DNA from: Chiloscyllium plagiosum
Lineage: Eukaryota
Length of the DNA: 45,450 bases
NCBI RefSeq assembly: GCF_004010195.1
Contig: NC_057728.1
Location: 45,964,229 to 46,009,678 of the forward strand
Reading direction: 5' to 3'
The notes under the pieces were generated by a model. It was not told the origin of the DNA, ran no database searches, and was given only the letters and a program-made list of their open reading frames with translations. Shown one piece after another: positions 1-12,110 of the stretch. Within the stretch, counting starts at the first letter, position 1, and each line of letters starts with the position of its first letter. Made by a program: the position numbers and the translations under genes.

Positions 1-1099
1 GTGCTCTGACCAAACTACATTCAGTTCTCATTATTCACAAGGGATAGGAGCATGGATGACCCACGATAACAAAAAATAGTGGATACCACTCCTATGTACC
101 ACAAAATGGCAATCGGTTTATCATAGCAGAGCATGTGAGACAATGGCGAAAAAAAATAGAATCTGGGGTCCATCACATGAGTATACAGATCTGTGGGTGG
201 CAAATCAGTGGATATCGAGGATTGAGTATACATCTTCAAGTTTTGCTCAGTTAGATTCAAGACATTTCACCACTTTGTGCAGTTCAGTAAAAGCCAAGAG
301 ATTGACTCTTGGAAGGCTGTATTTTAAGATTGGAGATATTTGTGATTTGCAGCCTTAAGGCAGAGATACAAGCATAAAAGATAGCCAGTGTTTCAAGAAA
401 GGTAGATCAGGAACATCACTTCCAACAATACTGCGACAGCAGGAGAAACAGGACCCAAGTTCAAACTAGAAAATTATGACCAATATCAGGAATATTCAAA
501 TAAAGAGTGATGTACATATTGAATAAACATCCGCTAGGACAGTAGAGGTTAAAAAAATTATGTTGAAGGCTGCACTATTGGACAATGGCAACTTTATTTT
601 GGAAGGGACCTCCAAGTTTTCTTGGAGTTTTTCTGAGCTTGCATTGTAAAATCCGATGTACTCAAAGGAAAATTCTTGCAAACAGAATATTTTTATATTT
701 CTGCAACCTTTCAGCTGACAGAGTCTCACACTTAATTCTGATCTTTCCCATTCAGAAGCTAGACAAAGGTTGGATGCTGCACAACATTTGGAGATTTATT
801 TTTGCCCCATATAGATCCTCGCAATAAAATGCGTGTGGTCTATTGAATACATTGAGGTATTTAAAAGATACAGAGTCAATCAAATGACAGCAAGCGAGAT
901 TGAAGAACACTGACCTTTCAGATAAAGGTACTAATGTAGTGCTAGCCTTTGCTGTTAGGGGAAGAAAATAATTTTTAGATGCGAATTCAATTTTTTTCAT
1001 CTTGCGTGATATTACTCTCAACTTGGTACATTGGTGATTAAATATAACTAATGGTATTAAGTATTGTGAAGTCACAGTCCATGCAAGAATTTTTACACA

Positions 1100-1400
1100 A
1101 GTAAAATACTAAAAAAACTGAAATAAGAGCAAAACGAAAGCTGAAGAAACTCAGCAAGTTAGACAGGATCTGTAAAGGCTAACAGAGAACAACAAATTCT
1201 GGAAATCATAGTGGGTGAGGTAGCATCCATGGAGAGAGAGCAAACTAATGTTTTGAGTCGAGATGACTCTTCATCGGATGTCATTGAGACTTAAAATGTT
1301 AGCTTGCTCTCTCTCCATGGATGCTGCCTGATCCACTGTGATCTCCAGCATTCGTTGTTATTGGTGCAAATTCCAGTATCTGCAGTAATTTGTTCCTACA
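1100..1400. mobile_element. degenerate Penelope-derived fold-back elements
   Basis: Inverted arms 'tagcatccatggagagagagcaaactaatgttttgagtc' and 'gacttaaaatgttagcttgctctctctccatggatgctg', followed by the family tail 'ccagtatctgcagtaatttg'. Confidence 0.6.
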
Positions 1401-1630
1401 AGGTGATCAGAGAGCTAAATTTAGCAAGATGTGGCAATCTCACTCAGCATAGAATGTTTATATTGAAGAGTTTACAACAGACCTGAAAGCCACTACTGGT
1501 TGAAACTTTGTTTTTGATGCTTGTGTTATGAACTTTTTAACTGTACATATAGCTTTTTTCTTCTTTTATGTAATAAATATATCTTCTGTCATTAAAAAGA
1601 AACTGACTAAAATTTTTTTTAAAAGTTAAT

Positions 1631-1964
1631 GGGTGGTGCAGTGGCTCAGTGGTAAGCACTGCTGCCTCACAGCGCCAGGGACCTGGGTTCGAGTCCCACC
1701 TCGGGCAACTATCTGTGTGGATTTTGCACATTCTCCCTTGTTGGCATGGGTTTCCTCCAGGTGCTCCAGTTTCCTCCCACAATTCAAAGATGTGCAGGTC
1801 AGATGAATTGGTCGTGCTAAATTCCCTGTAGTGTTAGGTGCATTAGTCAGGGGTAAATATAGGGTTGGGGAATGGGTCTGGGTGTGTTACTCTTTGGAGG
1901 GTCGGTATGGACTTGTTGGGCCAAAGGGCTTGTTTCCATACTGTAGGGAATCTAATCTAATCTA
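1631..1964 (+). mobile_element. tRNA-derived SINE (HE1/V-SINE-like), full length
   Basis: A-box TGGCTCAGTGG (1642-1652), B-box GGTTCGAGTCC (1686-1696), central 'TGCACATTCTCCC...GGGTTTCCTCC' core, CR1-like 3' end and (AATCT)n tail. Three further copies lie in the window. Confidence 0.9.
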
Positions 1965-2379
1965 AACATCTGCAATTTCATATGCGTTTCAGAAACCAAA
2001 CACCACAAAACTTAAACACATGATCTATCAAACCAAGATACATTCTGTGAAATGACTTGTTGTGGTCATTACACATTTCACATGCATGCAGTCACAAATA
2101 ACAGATAAATAGGAATCAGTAAGGCTTTGGAAAATCGTAAAGGTACCAATTAAAATAGCTCATTTTATAAAAAAAATAACTTGTCTTCTTTTACTATTTA
2201 TTATTTATGATACAAAAGAACATTTTCATACAGAATAATTTGAGTGCCCCTCTGTGATTTTATTTAATAATGTGAGAACTGAATCTTTTCCTCAACAGAT
2301 CTTTTATTACAGCATATTAATTTCTTGACTGTCTCTCATGCTGCAAACCTAATGCAGGAGAAGACATTATTTCAGGAAT

Positions 2380-2520
2380 GATGAGAGAGAGAGGGATCGT
2401 GAGGGAGAAAGCAACAGTAAGCAAGTAAGAGAGAGAGAAAGAGACACAGTGAGAGAGAGAGACAGAGAGAGTGAGAAAGAGAAAGAAATCAAAAGAGACA
2501 GCAAAAGCAGGGAGAGAGAG
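2380..2520. repeat. imperfect (GA)n microsatellite / purine-rich tract
   Basis: Interrupted GAGAGA runs are directly visible. Confidence 0.8.
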
Positions 2521-2715
2521 ACTGGGACAAACAAAATTCATAACTAAAAGCCGAAGCAACCACGTCGACACGGAATAAGGAAGAACAAGGTATATACGGA
2601 GAGAGAAAGAACAATGATTATTTTAACAGGGGTTTGGCTAGTCAGATCAGCTCAGACCAAACCTATAATGTTTCTGTAAACAGTATTTATTAAGATGATA
2701 TATGTTACATGGCAG

Positions 2716-2929
2716 AGCTCTCTGGTCTGAGATGCTCCAGTTGCATCCTTCTAGCAAAGCCCCTGTCATGTCTCAACTGAGGTCACAGTTTGATAATAGC
2801 ATACATAGATGCTTATCTGCATATTCACTCAACCTTTTCACTACAATGATTATACTGAGAGAAGAAGAGGTACACCATCTGTACTGACTGAGGAGGAACA
2901 AGTTATGGAGACCAAACGCTTTACTGAGA
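2716..2929 (+). pseudogene. candidate exon A of a decayed multi-exon gene (ALWSEMLQLHPSS...EVHHLY*LRRNKLWRPNALLR)
   Basis: Weak 'ggcag' acceptor and AGA|gtaaga donor; phase 2->0 with a single TGA (2885-2887) in 71 codons; phase matches the next candidate exon. Confidence 0.4.
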
Positions 2930-3278
2930 GTAAGAATTGCTGAATATGAACTAATTCAGAAAATAAGTGAAGTATAAGAAAAGGTTCCTAACTAACTATT
3001 CGTCAAGTCAATACTTATTCAGTAAAAATCTCAAGACTTTGATATTTTCAATTCTCTGTTTGAGAGTCATTCTTGTTCAATGAGCTACAATGGGCCAAAG
3101 GATTGGGCACCCTCATGAGTTTGTGGGAGATTTTCATATGGAGCAACAATTCTGCTTGCTGCTAAATCACATCTAAGAATCATGAAATTTGTTGCTCTAA
3201 ATATTAAGATTTGCAATTGGATGCACATGGATTGTTGGAAACAAAGTTTGGCTTGTAATGAGTGAATTGCTCTTGCAG

Positions 3279-3382
3279 AATGTATTATAATTGAGGGCAA
3301 TCAGTATCTCTGAATTTGTGACAACCTTTGATATTTGGGTGAATTTATGTCAGTTAATTATTTTTAATCAGCACTGCTTTTG
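3279..3382 (+). pseudogene. candidate exon B (NVL*LRAISISEFVTTFDIWVNLCQLIIFNQHCF)
   Basis: 'gctcttgcag' acceptor and TTG|gtaagt donor; phase 0->2; one TAA at 3288-3290. Confidence 0.45.
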
Positions 3383-3564
3383 GTAAGTGTCTTTTGGGAA
3401 AAAGAAATTCCAAGATCAAACACTTGATCTCATCTTTGATATTTGCAAAGGGAGATGATGGAATTTACACTCCAGAGTTCGGGATTGCTGACTATATTGA
3501 ACCTGACAACCCTAATTATGATCAATGAGTCCTGTCCAAATTAGTCGTGTTTTTGTTGGAGATT

Positions 3565-3758
3565 AGAGTCAAGATTAGAGGGATGCTGGAAAAGCACAGC
3601 AGGTCAGACAGCATCCGAGGAGCAGGAAAATCGACGTTTCAGGCAAAAGTCCTTCATTAGGAATCATTCATCCTGATGAAGGGCTTTTGCCCGAAAGGTC
3701 AATTTTCCTGCTCCTCGGTTGGCCTGACCTGCTGTGCTATCCAGCACCACTCTAATCA
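3565..3758. mobile_element. Penelope-derived fold-back element with hammerhead motif
   Basis: Inverted arms 'gattagagggatgctggaaaagcacagcagg' and 'cctgctgtgctatccagcaccactctaatc'; CTGATGA-A-GGGC-TTTT-GCCC-GAAA-GGTC at 3673-3700. Confidence 0.8.
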
Positions 3759-3877
3759 TGGATTGTTTAGCATCATGGTAAAGAATATGATCACTGCAAG
3801 ATTAATAAATTTTAAATATATTACAATTTATTCTCTGTAATACATACTTTTCATTCTTAATCAAGAGTGATCACAAC

Positions 3878-5240
3878 CATAAGACCACAAAATGCAACAG
3901 CAGAAGTCGGCTATTCAGCCCATTGAGTCTGCTCCCCCATTCAATGAGATCATAATCTGATAATCCTCAACTCCATTTTCCACACTCCACATAATTAAGG
4001 AGCTAGCCTTGACAGACCTCTGTGATAAAAAAATCCACATATTCAATGCTATCTGAGAGAAAAAAATCCTCTTCTTCTCTGTCTTAAATGTGCGACCCCT
4101 TATTTGAGATTATGCTCTGTGACTCTAGACTCTTCCACAGGGGAAGCAACCTTTCTGCATTATTCTGTCAAGTCCTCTAAAACTTTTGTATGTTTCAATA
4201 ACTTTTGCTTCTCATTCTTCGACACTCCAATACATACAGGCACAACCTCATCAACCCCTCCCACAAAAACAGTCCCTCCATACCAGTATCAGGCTAGTGA
4301 ACATTCTCTGGACTGCCTCTAATGCCAGTAAATCTTATCTTCCTTAGAATTGGACCAAAACTGTTCACAGTTTTCTAGTTGTGGTCTGACTAGTGCCTTT
4401 CATAGTTTTAGCCAGGCATCCCTACTGTTATAGGAGAAAGTGAGGTCTGCAGATGCTGGAGATCAGAGCTGAAAATGTGTTGCTGGAAAAGCGCAGCAGG
4501 TCAGGCAGCATCCAGGGAACAGGAGAATCGACGTTTCGGGCATAAGCCCTTCTTCAGGAAGCGCAGCAGGTCAGGCAGCATCCAGGGAACAGGAGAATCG
4601 ACGTTTCGGGCATAAGCCCTTCTTCAGGGCTTATTCTCCTGTTCCCTGGATGCTGCCTGACCTGCTGCGCTTTTCCAGCAACACATTTTCATCCCTACTG
4701 TTATAGTCCATTCACTTTGAAATAAAGGTCAACATTCCATTTGCCTTCCCAATTACTGCAAAACTTGGATGCTAGCTCTTTCTGATTCATGCACAAGGGC
4801 TCCCAACCCCCTCTGTTCTGTAGCTTTCTGCAGTCTTTGTCCATTTGAATAATATTCAGCTTCTCCATTCTACCTGGCAAAGTGCATAGCCTTATACTTT
4901 CCCACGAAATACTCTATCTACCAAGATGTTGTCCACTTGCTTAACCTGTCTGTATTCCTCTGCAGACTCTAGTCAGTCATTCTCAACACCTGATTGCACA
5001 CTATTTTGGTGTCATCCACAAGTTTGGCTACCATTAATTCACTTTCCTTATCCAATTCATTAATGTATATTGTAATTACTTGTGGTCCAGCATTGGTCTC
5101 GGTTGCACTCCACTAGTTACAGGTTACCATCCTGAAACTTTCACACACCCCAACTCCCACCTTATCCTGACATTCTACCTTCCATTAGTTAACCTATCAT
5201 CTCTTCATGTTAATATGAATCCAACACCATGGATTATTTT
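3878..5240 (-). mobile_element. old CR1-type LINE 3' part (RT C-terminus and 3' UTR), interrupted at 4434-4689
   Basis: Collinear with the younger minus-strand CR1 at 25203-26600 (e.g. 'attccatttgccttcc', 'ctgcagact', 'tcaatgagatcat'). Confidence 0.75.
4434..4689 (-). mobile_element. young Penelope-derived element with tandem hammerhead motifs and 17-bp TSD
   Basis: TSD CATCCCTACTGTTATAG at 4417-4433 and 4690-4706; 70-nt internal tandem duplication; minus-strand hammerhead cores at 4530-4557 and 4600-4627; inverted arm 4634-4689. Confidence 0.85.
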
Positions 5241-5370
5241 TCTTTTAATTTGTTTTTGGGAATGTGGATGTCACTGGCTGGCCAGCAATTTATTACCCAT
5301 CCCGAGGTGCCCTTGAGAAGGTGTGGTGAGCTGCCTTCTTGAACCATTGAATTTTATATGTTTAGGTAGA

Positions 5371-6070
5371 GTCAGAGAGTTGTGCAGCACAGAAACAGAC
5401 CTTTCAGCCCAACACATCCACGCCATCCAGATATCCTAAATAAACCTGGTCCCATTTGCCAACATTTGGCCCATACCCCTTTAAACCCTTCCTATTCACG
5501 TACCCTTCCAAATGCCTTTTAAAATGTTGTAAGTGTACCAGCTTCCACCATTTCCTCTGGCAGCTTATTCCATTCAAGCACCACCCTCTGCATGAAAAAG
5601 TTGCTCATTAGGTCCCTTTTAAATCTTTAAGGTGAGAGGGGAAACCTATGCCCTCTGACTTTGGACTCCCCTATCATGGGGGAAAAAACCCTTTGTTTAG
5701 CTATCCTATCCATGCCCCTCATCATCTTACAAACCTCTATAAGGTCACCCCTCAGCCTCTGACATTCCAGGGATAATAGTCCCAGTCTATTTAGCCTCTC
5801 TCTATAGTTCAAACCTTCCAACCCTGGCAACATCCTTGTAAATCTTTTATTAACCCTTTCACATTTCTCAACATCTTTCCTATGACAGGGAGACTGGAAC
5901 TGAATGCAGCATTCCGAAAGTGGCCTAACTAATAACCTGTATAGCCGCAACATGACATCCTAGTTCCTATAGTCAATATACTGACCAAAAAAGGCCAGTG
6001 TACCAAACACCTTCTTCACTACTCTGTTTACATGTGACTCCACCTTCAAGGAACTATGAACCTTCACCCC
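5371..6070 (-). mobile_element. CR1 LINE 3' fragment
   Basis: ORF 5627-5953 (LYRLLVRPLSECCIQFQSP...RLRGDLIEVCKMMRGMDR) matches the CR1 ORF2 C-terminus, followed by the CR1 3' UTR. Confidence 0.9.
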
Positions 6071-6143
6071 AGGGTGGACCCACAAAGCCATTAGCAAGGG
6101 AATTATCTCTTTAAGCAGCCTAATGTGTGGTACCTAATCAACA

Positions 6144-6368
6144 GAGATGGAAATGTGTTGCTGGAAAAGCGCAGCAGGTCAGGCAGCATCTAGGGAACAG
6201 GCGAATCGACGTTTCGGGCATTAGCCCTTCTTCAGGAGGGCTCCTGAAGAAGGGCTAATGCCCGAAACGTCGATTCTCCTGTTCCCTAGATGCTGCCTGA
6301 CTTGCTGCGCTTTTCCAGCAACACATTTCCATCTCTGATCTCCAGCATCTGCAGACCTCACTTTCTCC
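6144..6368. mobile_element. near-perfect palindromic Penelope-derived element with 13-bp TSD
   Basis: TSD TACCTAATCAACA at 6131-6143 and 6369-6381; arms of about 95 bp inverted around 6240; hammerhead cores at 6208-6235 (-) and 6244-6271 (+). Confidence 0.88.
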
Positions 6369-6864
6369 TACCTAATCAACATCAGACTATCAAAATATAT
6401 ACCAGTCACTGCTTCCTCTAACTGCATGTCTGATGAAGGGTCATAGAAATGTAACCTCTGATTTCTCTTCATAGATGCTGCCTGACCTGCTGAGTTTCTC
6501 CAGCAATTTCTACTTTTGCTTGATTAGTATGTGTAACAGGTCATTTTGCCAACAGGGTGAAACTTTTTTAAATGTATGAAGAATAATGGAGTAGTGGGAT
6601 TGCAGAGAGAGAGAGTACACTCCTCTTACCTCACTCTTAAAAATATGATAATTTGATGAAAAATATTTCACACATTAGTGATTCATTAACATGAACTGCC
6701 AAGATTATGCTAATAGACATCAGAAAGTTTTGTTTTAAGATGTTAGGAATAATATCCCCTTGCAAACACATAGTGGTAGTTATAGTGTTTTTGTTTTGAT
6801 AAAGTAGTGGAATAAGAACATATTTAAAAAAGGCATATTTAGCCAAACGGGCAGCTTTATTAGA

Positions 6865-7237
6865 GCCTCATCTTCCGGCTAGGAACCCTCCAACCACAAG
6901 GGATGAACTCGGATTTCACCAGTTTCCTCATTTCCCCTCCCCCCACCCTGTCTCAGTCAAATCCATCAAATTCAGCACCGCCTTCCTAACCTGAGATCTT
7001 CTTCCCGACCTCTCCGCCCCCACCCCAGTCTGACCTATCACCCTCACCTTGACCTCTTTCCACCTATCACATTTCCGACGCCCCTCCCCCAAGTCCCTCC
7101 TCCCTACCTTTTATCTTAGCCTGCTGGACAAACTTTCCTCATTCCTGAAGAAGGGCTTATGCCCGAAACGTCGATTCTCCTGTTCCCTGGATGCTGCCTG
7201 ACCTGCTGCGCTTTTCCAGCAACACATTTCCAGCTCT
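6865..7237 (+). mobile_element. Penelope-like element 3' end (GIY-YIG endonuclease C-terminus, C-rich UTR, hammerhead-bearing terminal repeat)
   Basis: From 6867 it translates as LIFRLGTLQPQGMNSDFTSFLISPPP, resembling the PLE GIY-YIG C-terminal motif; hammerhead core at 7145-7172; flanked by a near-duplication CAGCTTTATTAGA (6852-6864) / CAGCTCTATCAGA (7231-7243). Confidence 0.8.
7145..7172 (+). ncRNA. minimal type I hammerhead ribozyme motif
   Basis: CTGAAGA-A-GGGC(TTAT)GCCC-GAAA-C-GTC: conserved core boxes, stem II, minimal stem III and a GUC cleavage triplet; stem I is weak. Confidence 0.7.
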
Positions 7238-7983
7238 ATCAGAAACCCAGTAAAAATATTATGAACGAAATTCTTCTGCACAGTATGCTTCAGTGATTGA
7301 ATGCAACTTAATAAACATGTTTCTGCTCCTTGAGGAGCTTCTTTTATACTCAGATGTTGTCTGTACCCATTGAATTGGATTTGCTGAGCAGAGCTCTGTT
7401 GCCAACAATTGATATGTGTAAATTTCCACAATTATATACAGTGTTCATTTACGCAAATATTTAAAACATGCTTTTGCACAAAACTGGGGGCAGTGGGATG
7501 CAAATACTTATTGAGTGCACTCCCATGCTGACAAATACTCATGTCTTTGCTTGTTCAATTCAGAATCATGTAAAATGTTCCACGGTTCAAAAAATATGTC
7601 CTCAGCATATCTTCAGTGCGAAATTGTACTTGTCATTTGATCTGGGGACAAACAAGACAAAAGAATTGCTGTATTCTATGACAATGATCATGGTACTAGT
7701 TGAGATCTCAATTTAAATGAAATGATCAATTTCTAAGATCGCGTCTGAGTGTCTAATTAAGCTTCCAAATCCATCAGAAGCAGCTTTTCATCTTCAACTA
7801 AGATAGAAATTTTGGTACTTCAGAACAACCTGGGCATCATTAAAAGAATTATGCTTGCAACGTCGAGGTGTATAAAGTCAAAGATGATAAATGCTAGTTG
7901 AAAATAATAATTTGAAAAGTTTATTTTATTTTGGCCCTGTTTTCATCCGAGAGTGTTTTGCTGTTTGTCCTTTTTAATGCAAG

Positions 7984-8024
7984 CATAATAAACTACAATC
8001 ATAGCTTTACTGTAATGCCCTGAG
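7984..8024 (+). pseudogene. candidate exon C (CIINYNHSFTVMP*)
   Basis: Acceptor 'tgtcctttttaatgcaag' and consensus GAG|gtaagt donor; phase 2->1; TGA at 8021-8023. Confidence 0.45.
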
Positions 8025-8135
8025 GTAAGTGAATTAATTGATGAAATGTTACCTTAGGATTACTAACATTTATACATTACTTGATTATTGTACATCCTTT
8101 CCTTTAACTAACATTGTTTACACCTTTGCTCCCAG

Positions 8136-8277
8136 ATACTGAACACATCAAAAGTTTCAGCAGAATTGGCTGGAATCCTGTTGAGGTAACAAGGTTCTCA
8201 GATGCATGCTGGAGAACCAGTGAATGGCCCACATCAACTTTATTTAGGCCATTTTGTTCCACTCAGGCACTTCATAG
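8136..8277 (+). pseudogene. candidate exon D (DTEHIKSFSRIGWNPVEVTRFSDACWRTSEWPTSTLFRPFCSTQALHR)
   Basis: Strong acceptor 'cacctttgctcccag'; stop-free in phase 1->2; ends at a GC-type donor AG|gcaaga (an alternative GT donor exists at 8186). Confidence 0.55.
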
Positions 8278-8296
8278 GCAAGAGCTGGATCGTGCC

Positions 8297-9580
8297 CTTA
8301 GTAATGTTAGATCACATGAGATTCAAGGTGAGCTTGCCAATTGGATACAAAATTGGCTTGATGATAGGAGACAGAGGGTCATGGTGGAGGGCTGTGACCA
8401 GCTGTGTTCCACAGGGATCAGCACTGGGTTCACTTCTGTTTGTCATTTATATAAATGATTTGGATGAGAATATAGGAGATATAGTTCATAAGTTTGTAGT
8501 TGGAAGATGGTTATCTAAAGATACAAAGAAATCTTGGTCAATTGGGTCAATGGGCTGAGGAGAGGCAGATGGAGTTCAATGTGGATAAATGCATTTGGTA
8601 AAATAAACAAAGGCAGGACTTCTACAATTCATGGTAGGGCCCTGGGTAATTTAGTAGAACAGAGACACCTAGGGGTTCAGGTACATAATTCTTTGAAATT
8701 TGTGTTATAGTCGACAAAATGGTTAATCCGAGAATCCCTACAGTGTGGAAACAGGCCATTTGGCCCAACAAATCCACACCAACCCTCCAAAGACTAACTC
8801 ACCTAGACCCATTCTCCTACCCTATTATCCTACTTTTACCCGGACTACGCACCTAACCTACATATCTTTGAACACTGTGGGCAATTTAGTGTGGCCAATT
8901 CACCCTAACCTGCACATCTTTGGGGGAGCATTCTGAGGAAAAGGTGGCATTTGGTACACTTGCCTTCATTGCGTAAACCTTTGAATATAGGAGTTGACAT
9001 GTTGATGTTGTATAGGGCATTCGTGAGGCCTCTTCTGGAGTACTGTGTGTAGTTCTGGTCATCCCATTATAGGAAGGATATTAGTAAATTAGAGGTGGTT
9101 CAGAAAAGGTTTACCAGGATGTCATTGGGAATAGAGGATTTGAGTTATTAAAATAGACTGGATAGACTACAACGTTTTTCACTGGAGTGCAGGATGTTGA
9201 GAGGTGACCTTACAGAAGTTTATAAAATCATGAGGGGCATAAATAAGCTGAATGGCAAAGGTATTTTCCCTGGGTTAGTGGAAGTTCAAAACTACAGAGC
9301 ATATTTTTAAAGTGAGAGGAGAAAGCTTTCAAAAGGACATGGGGGTGGGGGCAATGTTTTTATGCAGAGAGTGATTTGTGCGTGGAATGAACTGCCTGAG
9401 GAAATGGTGGATGCAGGGTACAGTTCCAACATTTAAAAGACATTTGGATAAGTACATGAATAGGAAACGTTTGGAGGGATATGAACCAAACACAGGCAAG
9501 TAGGACCAATTTAGTTTGGGAATCAGTTTGGCATGGATTAGTTGGACCAAATGGTCTGTTTCTATGCTGTATAACCCTAC
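8297..9580 (+). mobile_element. CR1 LINE 3' half (decayed RT and 3' UTR), interrupted by a SINE
   Basis: RT motifs VTSCVPQGSALGSLLFVIYINDLD and WIQNWLDDRRQRV; CR1 3' UTR ends 'tctgtttctatgctgtataa'. Confidence 0.9.
8731..8922 (-). mobile_element. 5'-truncated HE1-like SINE nested in CR1
   Basis: Reverse complement of the 3' half of the 1631-1964 SINE ('ccctacagtgtggaaacaggcc...cctgcacatctttgg'). Confidence 0.8.
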
Positions 9581-11779
9581 CACTCAATGGCTCAATGATG
9601 CAAGTGACATTAGTTCAGCCCACTGCAAACTTTGGTCAATCAGACCTGGCAGCATTTTGAACTGCTGCGCCAATAGGGATCTGGTGACTGCTGACAGTAC
9701 GATACCCAAAGCCTATGATTATTGCTGGATTTTTTTAATGGGTTGTCACTACATGGGTGAAGGAAAAGCTGCCACTAGGTTCCTCCCCAGTTCCTGACAC
9801 TGGATCACTCGATCAAGTACTGAGTGCTTCTGAATGAAAACACCCCTGGAAATCAGCATGTAATCTGGCATTAGTTTGCTTATCATGTTTTCCACCTGAG
9901 GACCTTAAGTGGGCAGCAATTGGCAGGAAAGGTTTTCCCATCATTGACTTAACTTGGGGTGGAGGCAGGAAGGAGATGGGATCACTAGCTGCCAACCTCC
10001 TGTCTGATTATTTATGCCACTTGGCTCCAAACCCACCAGGGAAGACCAGATGCAGAAAATATTTTATATTATGCCACCTAGCAGAATAACACACTGACAC
10101 ACACTGGGCCACATTTCTGTAAAATACACTGAATATATTAGTACACATTTATCAGCCTCATTGAGTTTTTTCACAATGATAAATATGTGCTTGCATCACC
10201 AGGATTTGTCACTGGTGAGGTTAGTCTGTTGAAAGCCTGACAATGTCAAGTTATATGCAGCTTATAAAGGAGAATATGTAATGAAAAATTTCATTGGCCA
10301 TGTTTTCATCTTCAAAGTAATTAATTGAGCAAGTCCTAAAATGATCAAACTGCTAAATAATTAGTAATCCTGACAAGCTTTCCCTCTGCAGAATCTGTGC
10401 CTCACAAAAGTCCCAGATTGAGTTCAATTGTTTGATTTAATTCCTAGGCTTCTCCCAGGGTTAGTTATTAATATAAACCAATGATTAACACATGAAAATT
10501 CAAACATTGCTGAAGAATTGGAATTTTAGTTTTATTATTATTTTGCATTTAATCACAGGAATTTCAATGTTTAACAGTGGCTTTTAACTGTTTAAACCAT
10601 GGGCACCAAACGTTGATTAAATCTTCCAAAATGACCTTATATTTTAAATGGTGAAACAAGCAAGACCTTCCTGAGAAATGAATGCTTCGATGAGACAATG
10701 GTTGGCCTCAGTTTTAGCAAACAACAGAAAATGAATTTTAACTTCTAAAGAAATATGTGTACTTCTGTCAGGTAAGGTGTGAAAAGATACATATATCTCA
10801 AGAACAAACCAAACTCACTTCAAGCACACTAATTTTTGACTTAAGAAGGGAAGTAGCTAATTCCATGTTTATAGGGACATATTCCTCATTTACATTTTTA
10901 AAAAATGTTATCTCCATTTTGGGTTTAACCACAGCTGGTTTTGTGACAATGGCTGCTGCAAGTTAACATGCATTTCCAGCATGGCTTGTAGGTCTATAAT
11001 TTGAGTAACTCCTTATGATCAAATGCTTTATCACTGGAACTAGAAATAAAAATGGTAACATGGAGGCAATCACTGTTGTGCAAAGTAATAGTTCTGAAGA
11101 ATTAGTGTTGAAGTTACATTACTTCCATCCATTCTAATGATTTCACACAGTCTCAGGGTGAAGAAACTGTGTCTTAATAGAGGTTCTGGTTGAGACATAT
11201 TAAGTTCCTACTAGTTGTGATTATGCCTAACTAGTTAATGTTACTTGTAGCTATTGCTACCTTGCAATAAACCATAACTTGTGCCTCTTCTTGTTCAGAT
11301 GCTATAGCGGCTAATTCTCTACTATTATTAATGGACAGGCCCTTAGACCCAATATAGGAAGTAGCACTGGTCTGACCCATAAGCCACCAATTATTGATAA
11401 TCGGATGATACAATATACTGCCAGCTCTGGTATCAGAAAATTCAACAGCTAGCACTTATTTGCCTGTACCTGTGTTTTCGTTTTTGCTGCTGTTGCCTGT
11501 CATTTACTTATCTATGCTACTTAACTCTGATTGGCCTGTAATGCTTGCAAGACAAAGCTTTTCACTGTGCCTCAGTACACATGACAATAAAGTCAATTCA
11601 ATTCAATTATACAAGTTATTGTTCATAAGTAAGCATTAACATGAACATGGGTAAAACAATAATGGAGAGAAATAAATAAAGACCTTATGACAGTGAAAAA
11701 AACATTAATAGATGGAAGAAAGAGTAGAAAGCAACTACAGAAAGGGAAACACGACCATATTTGTGCTACTGGACCTACT

Positions 11780-12110
11780 TTTGTGACATTCCACCACAGC
11801 AATTGAGGAACTAAATTCAATTCATTTTAAAATGTCTGGAATTAAACACAATGCTAGAATCAACAATGGTGACTATGAAACTGCTAGATCATCATAAAAA
11901 CACATCTGGCTCATTAATGTCCTTTAAGGAAGAAATTTGCTGTCCTTACCTGGTCTGGCTTACATTTAACTCCAGAATCACATTAACTGGAATGGCCTTG
12001 CAGGTGGCTCAGTTATATTGTACAAGGCAGCTCAATATCACCTTCTCATGGGCAATTACTAATGGCCAATAGATTGTGGTTTTACCAGTGATGACTTCAT
12101 TTCATAAAAA
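11780..12110 (+). mobile_element. old SINE/LINE-tail repeat (relatives at 5250-5350, 20560-20900, 37270-37580 on - and 41570-42050 on +)
   Basis: Shared core 'catctggctcattaatgtcctttaaggaagaaat...ctggtctggc' recurs in reverse at about 20690-20730 and 37345-37400; shared tail 'gggcaatta..gatgg.caata'. Confidence 0.6.

Noticed and set aside
1631..1705. tRNA gene
   Set aside because: The A/B boxes are the head of a SINE that continues into the SINE core and LINE-like tail; no complete cloverleaf or terminator.
6637..6846. Minus-strand exon/ORF with a donor-like CTTAC at 6625
   Set aside because: A stop precedes the donor, there is no partner exon, and the composition is that of AT-rich intron.
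8021..8023. In-frame TGA as selenocysteine or readthrough
   Set aside because: The same frame also has a TAA and a frameshift, and I found no SECIS; mutation is the simpler explanation.
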